From contig NC_079166.1 in the NCBI RefSeq assembly GCF_947568905.1, forward strand, positions 33,170,001 to 33,234,000: DNA of 64,000 nt. The letters run 5' to 3'. A model generated the notes under the pieces. That model worked only from the letters and a program-made list of their open reading frames with translations, ran no database searches and was not told the DNA's origin. Positions 61,801 through 64,000 of the stretch are shown piece by piece (positions within the stretch are counted from its first letter, which is position 1; the number at the start of each line of letters is the position of its first letter). Source of the stretch: Ostrea edulis. Lineage: Eukaryota. The position numbers were made by a program, and so were the translations under genes.

Positions 61801-64000
61801 ACACTCAAATAATATATTCTCTGTATGTTTCACATTCTTAATAACAATATACACGTATAGAGATTTTTTAAGTAAAGGACTTTCAGTCATCTTCCTTTTC
61901 CTTTTACAAGAAATTAATGTGTGCCATACCCTCTTCTCATCGCCTGTAACATATCTGTGCTCCCGCTCTGAGCTGGTAGGTGGATCTTATTGCAGACATT
62001 GGGTCTGTCTCTGATCAAATACAGCACCTGTACAGTAAGTTATTCCATATTATATAAAATCAGGGATTTGAATTCAGTTATCATAAACTACAGTCTGACC
62101 AAATAACCCTACATGTAATACATGTACCAAAATCAGGATAATCAAAGCAAGATATACTATAGGATTAAACATTCTTTTTGAAGAACTTGTCGATGTGTAA
62201 ACTCTAAACATTTTACTCACAAACTGAATAAAAATGCAAAGCACTTTTATGTTGAGTTTTTGAGTAAAATATCCAGAGTTTACACATTGATAAATTCTTC
62301 AAAAAGAATGTTTGATTCTTATTATTCCAATTAGTTCACTGGATTAGCAATTTAAAAAAATTGAATAGTTTCCCCCGCTGAGAGTCTGTATATGACATTA
62401 TTTACTTTCAGGAGCTATGAATACATCGCGTTTTTGGATTTACTGATGTGTAAAGTTTCATTCAGATTTACTTTTATCCAATCAAAACAATTGTGATAAA
62501 TAACATTTAGAATAACAGTCTCGATTGAAGTCGGCATTTCGCAAATTCTATGGTCGTTATAACGATCTAGTTTGTCGATACAACCTCGCATTGGGTCAAA
62601 TGCTGTCTGACGTATTTCATACAGATTATTAAGCCGTTCTTGGCACACTGTTTTGACTGCGGATAACTCCGTTTACCTGATCAGGATATAGGGCTCACGG
62701 TGGTTGTGACCGGTCAACAGGGGAGGCTTACTCCTCCTAGGCACCTGATCCCACCTCTGATGTGTCCAGGGGTCCTTGTTTGCCCAACTATCTATTTTGT
62801 ATTGCTTATAGGAGTTATGAGATTGATCACTGTTCGTTATCTTCACCTTGCATTAGAATTATTATGAATTTTATTCCCAAATGGTTATCGCTTGACCTCA
62901 ATTAATCACATTACCATTACCTTGTATTCTATGACCTCAGTTAATCACATTACCTTAACCTTGTATTCTAATTTCTCTGACCAAATGATTCTAGTTAAAA
63001 ACCCGGACACAACCACTTGTAAAAAATCTTGACATTAGTATCTTTTGCATCAAGATGGAATAGAAAGATGGGTAGAGGGGTAGAAGGACTGACAGAAATG
63101 TGGATGGACGGACAGGCAGACATTAATTCATATATACCCTCTAAACATAGCTTAGCGGGGGTGTGAAAAGGTGGACAGTTTGTATTTTAGTATTCATTGA
63201 ATATTTTTGATTGACATATACCTCTTTCAAATGTGCAAATTATTTCCATTTAATACATTAAAGTTGCAAAGTGAATTATTTCTTACATTATCTTTTTTTA
63301 AGTGGTAGATCTAAACTGACACAATCGGTGAAATTCATTCAGGAATCACCAGATTTCATACAGTAATAGCGGTGTCTATCAAAAATACATAGAACAAAGA
63401 ATACCTCATCTGGAAAATCTTTTGGATGTGGAGAAGTGAACCGGATCCTCATATCCGGATCTATCTGGGATACCTGATCCAGGAGGTGGCTGAACCGCCT
63501 CCCTCCACTCTGTGGTTTGTAAATTGTTTTGAAACCTTTACTTAATATGGTGTTTTTCGTACTTTCCCCTTCATGAGCCTCATTGTTTGGTAGTCCCCCA
63601 TAATGCACCTCTTCTGATTTGTCACAATAGCTATTCACATTTTGTCCAAGCAGTGTAATTTCTTTGATACCCTGCAAAATACAATTTTGGTTAATATTGA
63701 ATTTCAATAAATGTACAATGCCAACTTTGTAATACATTACCTGGAGAAAACAGAGTGGATAATGGATAAGCAAAATATATGCACAGGGAAGGCTTGTTGT
63801 CATCCCAAATTCCCTGTGACACTAATGGTCCTTGACATATTTGTAAGTGGAGAGGTAATAGTTCCATAAACAGACTGGGAATAATTGTCTGTTCTGGCTT
63901 TATGGTCTATGTCAGATGAAGCAGTGCGTGTAACATATTTACCTGATCTGACCCCCCCCCCCCTCCCCCAGTATCTAACATACCTGATCTGACAGCATTC
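58896..64000 (-). CDS. CDK5RAP1: CDK5RAP1 / MiaB-like mitochondrial tRNA 2-methylthiotransferase, 3' part (radical SAM C-terminal half plus TRAM); 5' part lies beyond the window
   Basis: Exons 63984-64000 (partial), 63405-63671, 61930-62027, 61648-61703, 61101-61231, 60771-60920, 59666-59806, 58896-59003. Motifs [87 protein letters not shown]. Confidence 0.95.
59950..60500 (-). mobile_element. Degenerate Naiad 3' fragment
   Basis: gtgaagacaataatcagtgatcaatctc...ggagtaagcatcccctgttgactggtcacacc...cataacgaccatagaatttg...gggaagttgatgatggagaagctgaag. Confidence 0.85.
61211..61564. repeat. 35-37-bp tandem repeat, about 10 copies, of a CDK5RAP1 intron/exon junction
   Basis: Unit agtcactgcttaaagacaaatctaaaacaaagcat; the first unit contains the real acceptor and the codons for DVSLSSD. 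Confidence 0.95.
62520..62850 (+). mobile_element. Naiad 3' fragment with complete terminus
   Basis: aagtcggcatttcgcaaattctatggtcgttataacgatctag...ggagttatgagattgatcactgttcgttatcttcacct. Confidence 0.88.

Overview
AT-rich, intron-rich animal genomic DNA. The repeat content (Helentron/HINE satellites, Naiad-type Penelope-like elements, tRNA-SINEs) suggests a bivalve, probably an oyster; this is inference. Three protein-coding genes lie head-to-tail on the minus strand. (1) A complete polycystin-1-like gene at 7339-50281: I assembled 41 GT-AG coding exons by hand, all phases are consistent, total 11,703 nt, about 3,900 aa (signal peptide, WSC, PKD repeats, REJ, GAIN/GPS, PLAT, 11-TM channel region, C-terminal coiled coil). 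(2) A biliverdin reductase A-like gene at 52864-55989 (7 coding exons, about 293 aa, one GC-AG intron). (3) The 3' half of CDK5RAP1 (MiaB-like tRNA methylthiotransferase), 58896 to the window end. Introns are full of Penelope-like retroelement fragments, SINEs, MITEs, Helentron-type elements and minisatellites. The most notable observations are: tandem arrays of 3' splice-acceptor sequence directly upstream of a real acceptor in each of the three genes; two minimal hammerhead ribozymes at Penelope-type ends beside (TA)n tracts; an 18-copy reiteration of the extreme 3' end of a Naiad retroelement; a furin-site/Gly-Asn insert inside the GAIN domain; and active-site substitutions in the BLVRA-like protein. 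No tools were run. Family assignments rest on motif recognition, and no prokaryotic system or CRISPR array is present.
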